A stretch of DNA of 64,000 bases from Eledone cirrhosa. Lineage: Eukaryota. The stretch's first letter is position 1, and the number at the start of each line of letters is the position of its first letter. The stretch covers positions 355,632,001 to 355,696,000 of the forward strand of contig OZ024741.1 in NCBI GenBank assembly GCA_964016885.1, given 5' to 3'. The notes beneath the pieces are model-generated. The model was not told the DNA's origin. It made no database searches and saw only the letters and a list, made by a program, of their open reading frames with translations. Below are positions 53,001 to 64,000 of this stretch, piece after piece. A program made the position numbers and the translations under genes.

Positions 53001-53097
53001 TCAGGATTGTCCAATCTTTTATATGAGGAAGAAAGTCCAGAAAGATGTTACTGACCAGGGAAAATTATTACACCGCTTTGGTTCTGTAGAATGGTAG
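53001..53097 (+). CDS. POLD1: POLD1 terminal coding exon (end of CysB, stop TAG)
   Basis: ccag|T CAG GAT TGT...; [16 protein letters not shown]...RFGSVEW*. Confidence 0.95.
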
Positions 53098-53552
53098 CTT
53101 CTCATTAAGTGATTGTTCATTAGGGATCTACTTTTTTCTCCAATTATAGTATAACTTTAAACAGTTTGCCTTTCATATCCCTCCCTTCCTCCTTCTCTCT
53201 CTATCATGTATTTCATTATCATTCCATGTTGGCATAGCTGAATGTTCTTCCTGGCAACAACCCTTTTAGTTGCTTCTTACTACATGCAGGGAAACTGTAC
53301 CTATTCTGAACACACACACATGCATATGTATCACATGTTAATTTCTCCTTCCACCTCCTGAGAATTATTCACTTGTAACAGTTGGGTCAAGAAACAGTCC
53401 ACTAAACTGAGGGATCTCTTGGTAAGCTTTATAACCTCACAGCGTTGCACTTTTACAGTGCAGGATTGTTGCAAGAAAATTTATCAAAACTGCAGTCGGG
53501 ACTTTGTAGAAAAAAATAGGTGTATTTTTGTCTATTATTTCCTTGCATTTTT

Positions 53553-53594
<42 letters not shown>

Positions 53595-54189
53595 GTCAAT
53601 GTGGTTGGTGTTAGGAAGGTTAGCCAGCCATAGAAAACCAGCTAGAAACTCTCCCATTGAGCAAGACACGGTCATCTGACCCAACTTGCCTCTAAATGGG
53701 ACAAACCCGCCTAACCCATGCGTGGAAGATAGATGTTAATTGATGATGATGATATATATCTTCCCCAGCATTTAATGTCTGTTCTCCTTGCTAACAAGGG
53801 TTCGACAGGTCATCATAGACCAAGTCAGTAGTTAATTGGAGCTGCTGAACTCTTAGGTGACCCCTCATTTATATAGCCCTTTTCCTGCTCTCTACAGGAT
53901 GTATTTTCATATATTCAAAACAAGTATTTAATACTTGATTGTGTTAACTGTATTGAAAGGACAGGTCAGATAAAAGCTGACTGGGTGAAACTTTTAGCTA
54001 TGGCTTACTACCCAAATTATCTCACACATACACACATGTAATGAGAACATCGACATTCCTCAACTCACTATGTAAGAAGTCATATATCATCACCTGTGTT
54101 ATTTTGTTAAAACCACTGTCATACATTGATGTTTGGATTCCATCACAATTATAAATCTCTCTGTTTCTCTCCTCCTTCAACACCAACTG

Positions 54190-54233
<44 letters not shown>

Positions 54234-54455
54234 GTCTTTGCACCACCAACTTCACCACCAATGTCATCACATCTATCTTTCTTTGTCTCTGTCATTTCAC
54301 CATATCTCTCTCTTTGTCTCACTCACAGTGTCCCTCTCAACACTAACAAATTTGTCCCAACTCTCGCTGTCTTTTTTGTCAGTGTCCTCCTCCCAACTTC
54401 ATCATCACTCATTATTTGTAAAATAATTCCGAAATATGAAAATATATTTTTTGTA

Positions 54456-54532
54456 AATAAACTCTTAAAAATTGTATTTTAAAAAAATTTAAAAAGTAAT
54501 TTTGAATCATCCAAAAATATTTGTGGAATAAA
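54456..54532 (+). promoter_or_regulatory. Candidate POLD1 polyadenylation signals (two AATAAA)
   Basis: First AATAAA hexamers seen after the stop (54456 and 54527), followed by a T-rich tract. Confidence 0.4.
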
Positions 54533-54829
54533 AATTTGGTTTTTAAAAAAAATTATTTTCTATTTTATTTGTTTTCATCATCATCATCTTTATCGTCATT
54601 GTTGTTTTACATCTATTTTCCATGCTAGCATGAGTTAGACAGGCTGTCTTCCGAAATTTGACAAGTCAGATGCTTTCTGTAGCTGGATGCTAGGGTGTTC
54701 CATTTTGCAAGCTATTTGCCAATCATCTCATGATTATGCCCATGTGCAAGTTGAAATAACTAAATATGCCGAATTATAGGGCAATCAAATATCGAGAGGT
54801 TGCACACTTTCACATCTTTTTATATATAA

Positions 54830-55116
54830 CTAGCAGAATGGCCCGGCGTTGCTCGGTATTCTAAACATAGATTGGCATGTTTATCCCTCCTTTCTGAAAC
54901 AGTTTCATCGTATGTTCACCAATTGATGCGGAAGTCCTAATAAAAAGTGAAGTCGCCTTGGGTGAATAGGCAAATAATTTTCCATTAAGATTTTTCAAAA
55001 GCATGTAATTGCATTCCCTCTCTTTTTTGTTGTTGTCTTTGCTGCTGTCGAGCCTCGTGAAATAAATAGGTTTGTTTATATTTTGTTATTGTGTATGCAA
55101 AAATATCTGTACACGA

Positions 55117-55147
<31 letters not shown>

Positions 55148-55564
55148 TAACAGATTAAAGTTTAAGCAAAGAATCGCTGCGTTCACCCTTAACAGGATCT
55201 TCTGAAACTAAAAAAATCAATCTGTGAACGTAGAAGTAAATATTTCGAAAAACGTTACACACACTATATATATATGCATACACTATATATACATATATAC
55301 ATGCACACACAGATAGTGTCAAAATATCGTAATGCAGACAACCAGACAGATATTATAAGGGCGCTACGTTATAGCTATGTATCTATCTAAAAAGACAGAC
55401 TAAGAAAGATAGAGAGAGATCATTACCGGTGCCTAGGGCATTGAAAATGCTCAAAATACACCACCATAAGTATTACATGTGTAAAGTTTGAAAAAAATCG
55501 GTTGGGTGGTTCTCGAGTTTTAGGGAGTCAGACAGACAGACATTCTCTGTTTTAGATATATAGA
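54830..55564 (-). mobile_element. Non-autonomous Helitron-like element
   Basis: A|TCTATATATCTAAAA...CCGAGCAACGCCGGG hairpin...CTAG|T, inserted in an AT dinucleotide. Confidence 0.7.
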
Positions 55565-56559
55565 TGATTGTTTTTTTACCTGGCCTGTGGTATATTGTCC
55601 TTCTGTTCACTTTACTGAATCCACTGAGGAAACCACACGACAACGAAATGGTATGAACATAAGCAGGAGGAATATGTTCTAAATGCACAATAATATTGAG
55701 GTTAAAGAGAGAAACACTTTTTATGAATGAAATTTATAACCGAAACCGCCTTTTCTAGTAGATTTCTCAACTCGTGTGGTGTAAGCTTAAGTTGTTCTTT
55801 GAATAGAACTATTTTTATCACATGCCTTTGCCATCCAACAAGCCTGGTGGTAAGCTCCTGAGACCAAGAAGGAGAACTTGGGGAGATGTCCAACCACTAA
55901 GATAGAGGAGAAAGAGCTTTATGAACTTGGCATAGTCTTCTCAGAGATGATCTCTAGAAAGCAGTACAGTCAATCGATATTCAACCATCACTTACCTCTT
56001 TTACTTGAACAAATCTTACATTGGTACATCATCGTCCTGAATAGTTTGATAATGAGACTTATCAATGGAGTCCCAACATTCCTGGAACTTTTTGAACATT
56101 GGGCTACTAGGACCAAATGATGGGGAAAAAGATCTCAAACACTTTCTTCAAAACCAGTTCAAGAATGTAATGGCAGCAAACCAGTCAGAAAGATATGGTC
56201 ATCTAACATGTCTAGTCTGAGAATGTAGACCTGGCAGCCTCTAAAAACCCAAATGGGGAGATTTTACATAATGAAAGGTATACCCAGTTTCACAAGAGGA
56301 GACATCTATCACCCACCCCAAATTAGGTGGGAGATCACTCCGATGGGGAGAGTTGACAGGTCTGGAGAATGTGATAAGTTGTGTAACCTATGTAAGCATA
56401 GAAAATAGACACAAAACGCTGGTGAGGATATGTGTATATAGTTTTGCCTGAAGATAACTGAACTAGTAGATATAGAATGTTTATGCCTAATGCAGGTTGG
56501 AGTTTGAAACCTTAGGTAGCATGCATTTCTGTTAGGCCAGCGGGTAGGCAGAGGGGGCT

Positions 56560-57085
56560 CAGCTGAGGCAGACCTCGAGCAGATGATCCCGGCGTAAAGA
56601 GTTGAAGGCATTCCTCATGTCAAGCTTGACAATGAGGTTCCTGGAGTCTCTGGATGCTGGTTCCGATGGGCAACTGTTGAAGAACTGCCTGGTTGCATGA
56701 GCGACCCCCTCACAGCCACCAGACACGCCGACACCCAGTTGCACCGGACTAAACTCCTCACCCAGTTCGTGTTACGGACTTGCAGATCACCTTGGCAGCC
56801 AGCCTCCGGAAGACATTGCTCACAGCAATGGGGCGTATGCCACCCTCTTTCTTTCTGAGAGCGGTGAGGCTGGCCGAAAAAAAGCGGCCTCGGGCGTAAG
56901 GGTCCAGAGCACCATGGATGAGTCTATTGGTGAGCGCCACAATTGCACTCAGAAGGCGGCGCCCGGCCTCAGCGGAGAGGGGGGGGGGGATGTTAACTCC
57001 TTGAGGAGGCCTGGTCGGAGACCATCAACACCTCCGCAGCTGCTAGCTGGGAAGGACCTCGCAACCGAAGGAAAACAAGAAGACG
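56560..57085 (-). mobile_element. CRE-clade non-LTR retrotransposon RT fragment
   Basis: Frameshifted motifs GGVDGLRP, KKEGGIRPIAVSNVFRRLAAK, QLGVGVSGGCEGVAHA, KLDMRNAFNSLRR. Confidence 0.75.
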
Positions 57086-57619
57086 ATACTTTGGTTCGTG
57101 AGGACGTTCCTTGGCAATGAACGGAAAAAAGCGAAGATAATACATCGTTATGGAGCGGTGAGAACCATTTGACGCAAAGAGAAAAAACCAAAACCACGTT
57201 TATGGTATAAATGGAGTTATTAGACTAATATTCTATTTAGGAAACCGAATGATTCACAATTTGCATAAAATTGAGATGGAGGGTTTGTGTTTCTGAAACC
57301 TTCCGTCTTAATTTTACTTTTGAAAATCATAACTGTGAAACCGGTAAAGTAAATAAATAAAAGTAAATAAAAGATTCCAGTTGCATTTTCAATTTCTTTT
57401 CCTTATATATATGTATATATATATATACATACAGTAGCGGACTGGGTCTAAAAATATTGGTTGCCAGTAGATAAGGGGGGGGGGGGCACCTATATATAGA
57501 ACGCTATCAACAAAACAGTGCAATCAAATTTTTGCGGAAAAATATCTTACCATCTCCAATAAAAATATTATGTATTTTGGGAAATCCAGAGACTTTCAAT
57601 AATGACCAGAAGTCGATCC

Positions 57620-59039
57620 TAAATATTACTAATAGCTCTAGGAAAGCCATGAACGACACCACATCTTTTTAACTTTGATTTTAAAAGTAGGTTTATAATT
57701 ATTAATTTTCATTATACTTTTGTAGCTGTCTCGGTGGCCTAGTTGGAGAAATCATAGACGGTGGCGATCCAGGTCTGAAGTTCGATCCTGGTCGTAAGTT
57801 CGATCCTGGTCGGGAGTAAGCCTTTTCAGTTTTTTCTATGGGTTGTAAAATAAAAACTGAAAAAGGTTAAATGTACCTCTTGACCAGGATTGAACCCAAG
57901 ACCAGGATCTCCACCGTCTCCAGTACCTACCGCTAAGCCACTGAGACAGCTACGAAAACCGCATGAAAATTCATACTTATAAATATACTTTCAAAATTTT
58001 CAAAACAAAGTGTTGTGGTGTCGTTCATGTCTTTCTTAATGTTATTGCTCTTACTTAAGGTCGACTTCTAAATCATTTGGGTGTTCCATAAACTACACCC
58101 TCGTTTTGTTTCACATCTATCAAGAATATATTTTAACCTGTAATCCATGTTTCATTTCTGTTCCACCTCATTTCTCCCCTCTCTCTTTCTCTCTGTGATA
58201 TTTGAATCTACTATGATTTGGGCTTACTTTATTCATATATATATATATATGTTTTTGCATGTCAGATTCAAACTTACAATGATTGGCATTATATATATAT
58301 TATTTGTTTGCTAAAATAATCAAATACATAGGAATAATGAGGTTGTTACCAAAGGGCCAGAAGATTGACAAGTCGTCCCTAAATATGACTAATAGTTCTA
58401 GGAAAGCCTTGAACGACACCACAACATTTTAACTTTGATTTTGAAAGTAGGTTTATAATTATTAGTTTTCATTATGCTTTTAGAGCTGTCTCGGTGGCCT
58501 AGTTGGGGGAACCATAGACGGTGGTGATCCTAGTCTGAAGTTCGATTCTGGTCGGGATAGGGTTCCCGGTAAGCTTTTTCAGTTTTTTTCTATTGGTTGT
58601 AAAATAAAAACTGAGAAAGGTTACATGTACCTCTTGACCAGGATTGAATCCAAGACCAGGATCTCCATCGACTCTAGTACCTACCGCTAAGCCACAAAGA
58701 CGACTATGAACATCTTATGAAAATTCATACTTATAAACCTACTTTCAACATTTTCAAAACAAAATGATGTGGTGTCGTTCATGTCTTTCTTAATGTTATT
58801 GCTCCTACTGAAGGTCGTCTTCTAAATCATTAGGGTGTTCCATAAACTACATCCTCGTTTTGTTTCACATCTTTCTAGACTACATTTTAACCTGTAATCC
58901 ATGCTTTATTTCTGTTCCACCTCATCCCCTCCCTCTCTCTTTCTCTCTGTGATATTTGAAGCTACTATGATTTGGGCTTACCTTATTCCTATATATATGT
59001 TTTTGCATGTCAGTTAGATTCAAACTTACAATGATTGGC

Positions 59040-59045
<6 letters not shown>
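57620..59045. repeat. Tandem duplication (period about 760 bp), each unit containing a ~400-bp foldback
   Basis: gaacgacaccac at 57651 and 58411; each unit has inverted arms. Confidence 0.9.
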
Positions 59046-59086
<41 letters not shown>

Positions 59087-59848
59087 ATGTTTAAGATCGC
59101 GACGGCAGAGGTCAAGCCGTTTCGACGGCTATTTCTGGACTAAATTAGATTTTTAGCGTGGTAATAAATAGCCGAACTTTTCAAGGGGTAATTCCTTATA
59201 TGGGAAGATTGTAGTTGTCAAAAGGATTGGTCAAAATTTCTTGTAAACACAATTAAATCTTTCATGGCGGTAGGTGAGTGGTGGGGGTGGCTGAATTGCC
59301 TGTAGAACAATGAGGGAGTGGGTGGAGCCGGTCAAGCGTTGAAAGTGAATTCTATAGGGCAAATTCTAAGGAGTGTGGATGAAATCAAGCTAGCTATGAA
59401 GCAGGCGAAAAAGAATTCTGGATGAATCTGAGAGTGGGAAGTTATAAAATTAAAAAGTTAATAAATTGAAATAAAAAAATAAAAAATAATAAATAAAAAT
59501 AATAATAATATTAAAAAATTAAATAATAAAAAAAAACAAAAAAACTAGAGTCTAAAACAGGTGCTATATTTTTAGCTGGTATTGCGTTTTCGGCCAATGC
59601 TATATAGAATTTACTGGGGTGGGGGTACTGAGGCTACAAAAGCCCGATGGGCTGCCTCGAGGTAAGCGAAAGAGGAAAAGGGAAAAGGAAGAGGCGAGGG
59701 AGTGGAAGGAAATGAGAAGAAGAGATAAAGGAAAAAAAAAGAAAAGAAGTACATCTACCTATGTATGCTGGGGTTTCCCCTATCTTGTTCGGCAAGTGGG
59801 GAAAAGAAGGATGTTACAGCTGTTGTCTACCCACCCGGGTTATGAGGG

Positions 59849-60265
59849 GGTTTGAGAGCGAGGTAAGTCCTATGCAATCCGTGTTTACATGCGGTTACAA
59901 GTTCGTTGTTTTTGTTTAGGAGTTGGTCCTTCGTAAACAGCATTTGTATTGTTTTCGCTTGTGACTTTAAGGCCCGGCTCTACCAACACCGACTTACGTT
60001 CAGAAATCCGGCCCGGTGACATGCCACTACACTTTCGGGCCACATCTGGGACCTCCAAGATAATAACATCACATACCATCTTACTTGGAGCTTACTTTCC
60101 AGGGCTAACTCCTACACGGGAGGACGCCGTCCATGTAACTTATGCTCGGAGGAAACAATACAAATGCTGTTTACGAAGGACCAACTCCTAAACAAAAAAA
60201 GACGAACTTGTAACCGCATGTAAACACCGATTGCGTAGGACTTATATCGCCCTCAAACCGGGCTC
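59849..60265 (+). mobile_element. Penelope-like endonuclease C-terminal fragment with inverted duplication of its 3' end
   Basis: FKARLYQH...TTLSGHIWDL...W...CNLCSEE...LLNKK..E...ACKH, with one stop and one apparent frameshift; arms about 59849-59956 and 60152-60259. Confidence 0.65.
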
Positions 60266-60808
60266 AGCTGCTAGTATATATAATAAAATAAATATGGTTT
60301 TATAAAGATAGCTTCCATTTATTAATATTATTGATATTATACTCCAGAAGAAATTCTGTTGAGTGCTTCTAAACTGTTATAAACTCATTTCTTATATATA
60401 TATATATATATATTAGGTTATGCCAGAAATGCTTAGGATTATCCTGAATGCAGTAATGGTTAATTACTACACTAGATAGAGTTGACGTACGGTGAGGAGT
60501 TACTCAACGAGTTATGGAAGAATGGTTGAAGAAACTCAGTTTCTGATCCTTCTGTATTCCGGAGTGTAGACAAAGAATGAATAATAACAGGTAGACATCA
60601 TAAAAAGGTAATTTATTCCGAGTGCTTACAAATGCTTCAACAGTAGTTATACAGCCTAGTCATGCTATGTGCAAATTGGTAATTATTTGCAGAAACTCAA
60701 TTTTAACGTGACTAGGCTGTATAACTACTGTTGAAACATTTGTAAGCACTCGGAATAAATTACCTTTTTATGATGTCTACCTGTTATTATTCATTCTTTA
60801 TATATATA

Positions 60809-62387
60809 CTAGCATTAAAGCCCGGCGTTGCTCGGGGTCATTAAGTTACCAAAGTTAGGTTGCACCACCCATTTTATGGCAGCACTTTTTTGTCTGCCAG
60901 GCACTGGGTGAATGAATTGCAGACCTGGAAGTAGGAGCTGCGCCAGCAGTGACAATTGTAGTTTCACCTATGGATATTATCTCTGTGCAAAAAAGTGTTG
61001 AAATTTATTGTTTCACAGTACTTGCGCAACACGCGCGTAGACGATGCCAGCCGAACAACAGAGCTGCGATGGAGTTGTTCTGCATGGTTGTCTGTGTGTT
61101 TTCTAAATTTAAGACAGTAGGGAGGGTTGTGATATGAGGGAGAGTTAGCTGTTGTTTCTAGCAGGTTTAGTGACCTCATAGAGGATGTGTTTTCTAAATT
61201 TAAGACAGTAGGGAGTGGTGTGATATGGGGGAGAGTTAGCTGCTGTTTCTAGCAGGTTTAGTGACCTCATAGAAGATATGTTTTCTAAATTTAAGACAGT
61301 AGGGAGGGGTGTAATATGGGGGAGAGTTAGCTGCTGTTTCTAGCAGGTTTAGTAACCTCATAGAGGATATTATTGTTTATCATTATCTATAAAAGGCAGA
61401 TTGTTGTTGTTGTTGTGTGTGTGCACATGTTCCATGTTTATACATTTGCACAATTTCAAACCGATTCAACTCAAAGTCTGTAAGAATCCACGTTCGTTGA
61501 GAGGTTTTAAAAAAGATTTATCGCTTGTTGTTGAATAAATGTATCTGTTGCTTTTGAATAATTGTCGTTTCGTATGAAATGTAATAATTGTTTCTACTTT
61601 TTTGTCACAAGGCCAGCAATTACCCAGTAAATTACTGGTACTTTATGTAATAATAAACGTTCTCTCTCTCTCTCTCTCTCCCTCTCACTCTCTTCTCTCT
61701 CTCTCTTCAGCAATCATGCACGTTGTTTAATTGCTTTAAATGTTTTTTTATCATTTGAAGTTAGTGTAAGAAAGGAAGTTAATGAATAGTCGTGTATTTG
61801 TGGTTATAAATCCCGCACGTTGTTTAATTGCTTTAAATTTTTTTGGATAAATTTATGTGAGTGTGTGTTTGTATGTGTTTGTAAATAAATCATTAAGTTT
61901 GAAGCAACTAAAAGTTAGTGTGGTTATAAATCACGCACGTTGTTTAATTGCTATAAATGTTTTTTTATCATTTGAAGTGAGTGTGTGTTTGTATGCGTTT
62001 GGAAATAAATCAGTAAGTTTGAAGTATAAAAGAGAAAGTAGCAAAATGTGTGGGTTGTAGATAGAGGTAAGCAGATGATATGAGAGAGTAAAACGGACAG
62101 TATCACCATCAAGATTGGAAAGAGAAAGTAGCAGGAAGTATGAAGTTGTATAGATTTTGAATGGTAATGGAAAGAGTTTAGCAGTTTAAATGAGAGAGAA
62201 AATCGTAAAATATTGAGTTTTATCTATTTTTTGCGTAATTGTGGGTGAAATTGAAAAAATTATATGTGCCAAGACGCAATCGAAGCTATTTCGAATACTG
62301 AATTGTAAATTTCAATTGAAGAAATTCTATATCGTAGATTTCTATAACAAAGGAGCATGTCCATACACTGAGCTTTATAGATTATGA
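60809..62387 (-). mobile_element. Non-autonomous Helitron-like element with internal tandem repeats
   Basis: Same CCGAGCAACGCCGGG hairpin+CTAG end; internal 91-bp repeat x3 (61097-61368); 5' end approximate. Confidence 0.6.
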
Positions 62388-62388
62388 T

Positions 62389-62433
<45 letters not shown>

Positions 62434-62720
62434 GTTTAACGTCCATCTTCCACGCTTGCATGGGTTTGGACGGGAGTTTTCCCACTTGAGGCAAGATTGG
62501 TTGTCCTGCTCGTATAGGACTGTCTGGCGGGTTTTCTACGGCTGGATGCCCTTCCTAACACCAACCACGTTTACAGTGTGGACTGGGAGGTTTTTACCGT
62601 GTTACCTACACGGCCACATTACAGCGTGGACTGTGTGTTTTTTTTTGTCGTGACACCTACACATATATATATATAGATATATAATGATATTGGCAACCAA
62701 TATTTTTAGACCTAGTCCGC

Positions 62721-62751
<31 letters not shown>

Positions 62752-62932
62752 CACAATGGCGGACTAGGTCTAAAAATATTGGTTGCCAATATCATTATAT
62801 ATCTATAATAAGTCACACGAATACAACAATTTCACAGTTAAAGGACTGACATTTATTACATAACTAACACGTGTTTCGCCAATGAACAGGTGACCAATAT
62901 CTAGAATACCCTAACGAAATCTGATCTCTACT

Positions 62933-63044
<112 letters not shown>

Positions 63045-63049
63045 TGTAT

Positions 63050-63800
63050 ATAGCAGGAAGAGGTTCTTAACGTTTCGGACGCTAGTCCTTCATCAGAAGA
63101 AAGAATGAGAAATAAAATAGATTGAGGGGACGGGCGGGATGGAATTGGAAAACATGTCTTTAGATAAAAATAACATGTCCATTCATGTTGACATCTCTTG
63201 TAAAACTGTTGGTGCTGACGTTTTGTGTATGATTTGTTTTTTTAGAAAAGTGGATGATGGCGCGCGTCGACCTGAAATGGAAAAAAAACCGTTTTGTAAA
63301 GAGAGCTATACTTGAGCACGTACGTAAACATGAGTTTGTGTGTGTGTTATTATAGGTTCGTACGAAACTAAGAAGAAATGTGTGTGTATATGTGAGTAAA
63401 AGAGTGTGTGTACATGTAAGTACGAAGCTATGACAAAAGTATGTTAATATAAGGGTGTGTATCGGCATGTATTAGTAGTAAGAGAAGCTGCTAATGATCA
63501 AGAGAAAGCGATAGGAATCTAGGGGTGTGATAATGGACGGGGTATTAGAGAAATTGGGAGGTGAGTTGAGTCCAAGAGGAGAATAGGACCCAAGACGGTG
63601 GATCAGACTTTGTTCAGTCTTTGTGCGTGAGACCTGTGATCCATGATTTAAAAGGACACCCACGACTGAAACATGTAGGGAAGAATGACCAAGAGAACAG
63701 AAATGACGGGCGACAGGAGTATCCAAACCGAGTCGTATGTCCCTTAAATGTTCGGCAAAACGGTCCGCCATACGGCGTCCCGTTTGTCCGATTTACATAC
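63050..63800 (-). mobile_element. Penelope-like element 3' end (GIY-YIG C-terminus plus pseudo-LTR)
   Basis: RFAEHLRDIR...PVARHF...EQSLIHRLGSYSPLGLN, followed by a region containing a hammerhead motif. Confidence 0.85.
63064..63101 (-). ncRNA. Minimal hammerhead ribozyme (Penelope-type)
   Basis: UUCUU CUGAUGA A GGAC-UAGC-GUCC GAAACGUU AAGAA: intact core, 4-bp stem II, 5-bp stem I, palindromic ACGU instead of stem III. Confidence 0.75.
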
Positions 63801-64000
63801 ATATATATATATATTATTTTAATAAATAAGAGAGGGACGGTTTTATTCGTCTCTCTTATTCATTATACTAAAACTCCGGACGTTACCTTACGGGGAAAAT
63901 CCTAAGGAACAAAACTCGTGGAGTACTTCACGGCTGTTTAATAATAAGTCCGCATATTTTTAATCAACCAATTTTTTTCAATTTAACAATTATATATATA

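Noticed and set aside
57725-57815. Genuine tRNA gene
   Set aside because: A and B boxes are present but no cloverleaf could be drawn, and it is part of a duplicated foldback repeat.
60005-60025. In-frame TGA in the PLE endonuclease relic as selenocysteine
   Set aside because: Not at an evident conserved Cys position, no SECIS recognised, and the fragment is otherwise decayed.

Overview
AT-rich animal genomic DNA, probably a cephalopod such as an octopus; this is inferred only from the SINE/LINE complement and cannot be proven here. The + strand carries the last 19 coding exons of POLD1, the catalytic subunit of DNA polymerase delta (1062-53097). All have GT-AG introns in consistent phase, and ExoI-III, Pol A/B/C, CysA and CysB are intact; the 5' exons lie upstream of the window. 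Introns and the 3' flank are packed with mobile DNA: at least 8 coding RTE-clade LINE copies (all antisense, most retaining a PHD-type finger inside the RT), RTE 3' tails, tRNA-derived SINEs, non-autonomous Helitrons, TTAA- and TA-flanked MITEs, and fragments of CR1-, CRE- and Penelope-like elements. The most notable unannotated signals are: (1) several Penelope-type hammerhead ribozyme motifs, including one with a covaried U3-A8 core and a 96-nt stem II; (2) a 2.5-kb 48-bp minisatellite grown from an RTE 3' UTR repeat beside the catalytic exon; (3) many near-perfect palindromes; (4) a tandemly duplicated foldback with convergent Pol III-like heads; (5) POLD1 codons one A-to-G change from the orthologue consensus, which are candidate restorative A-to-I editing sites.
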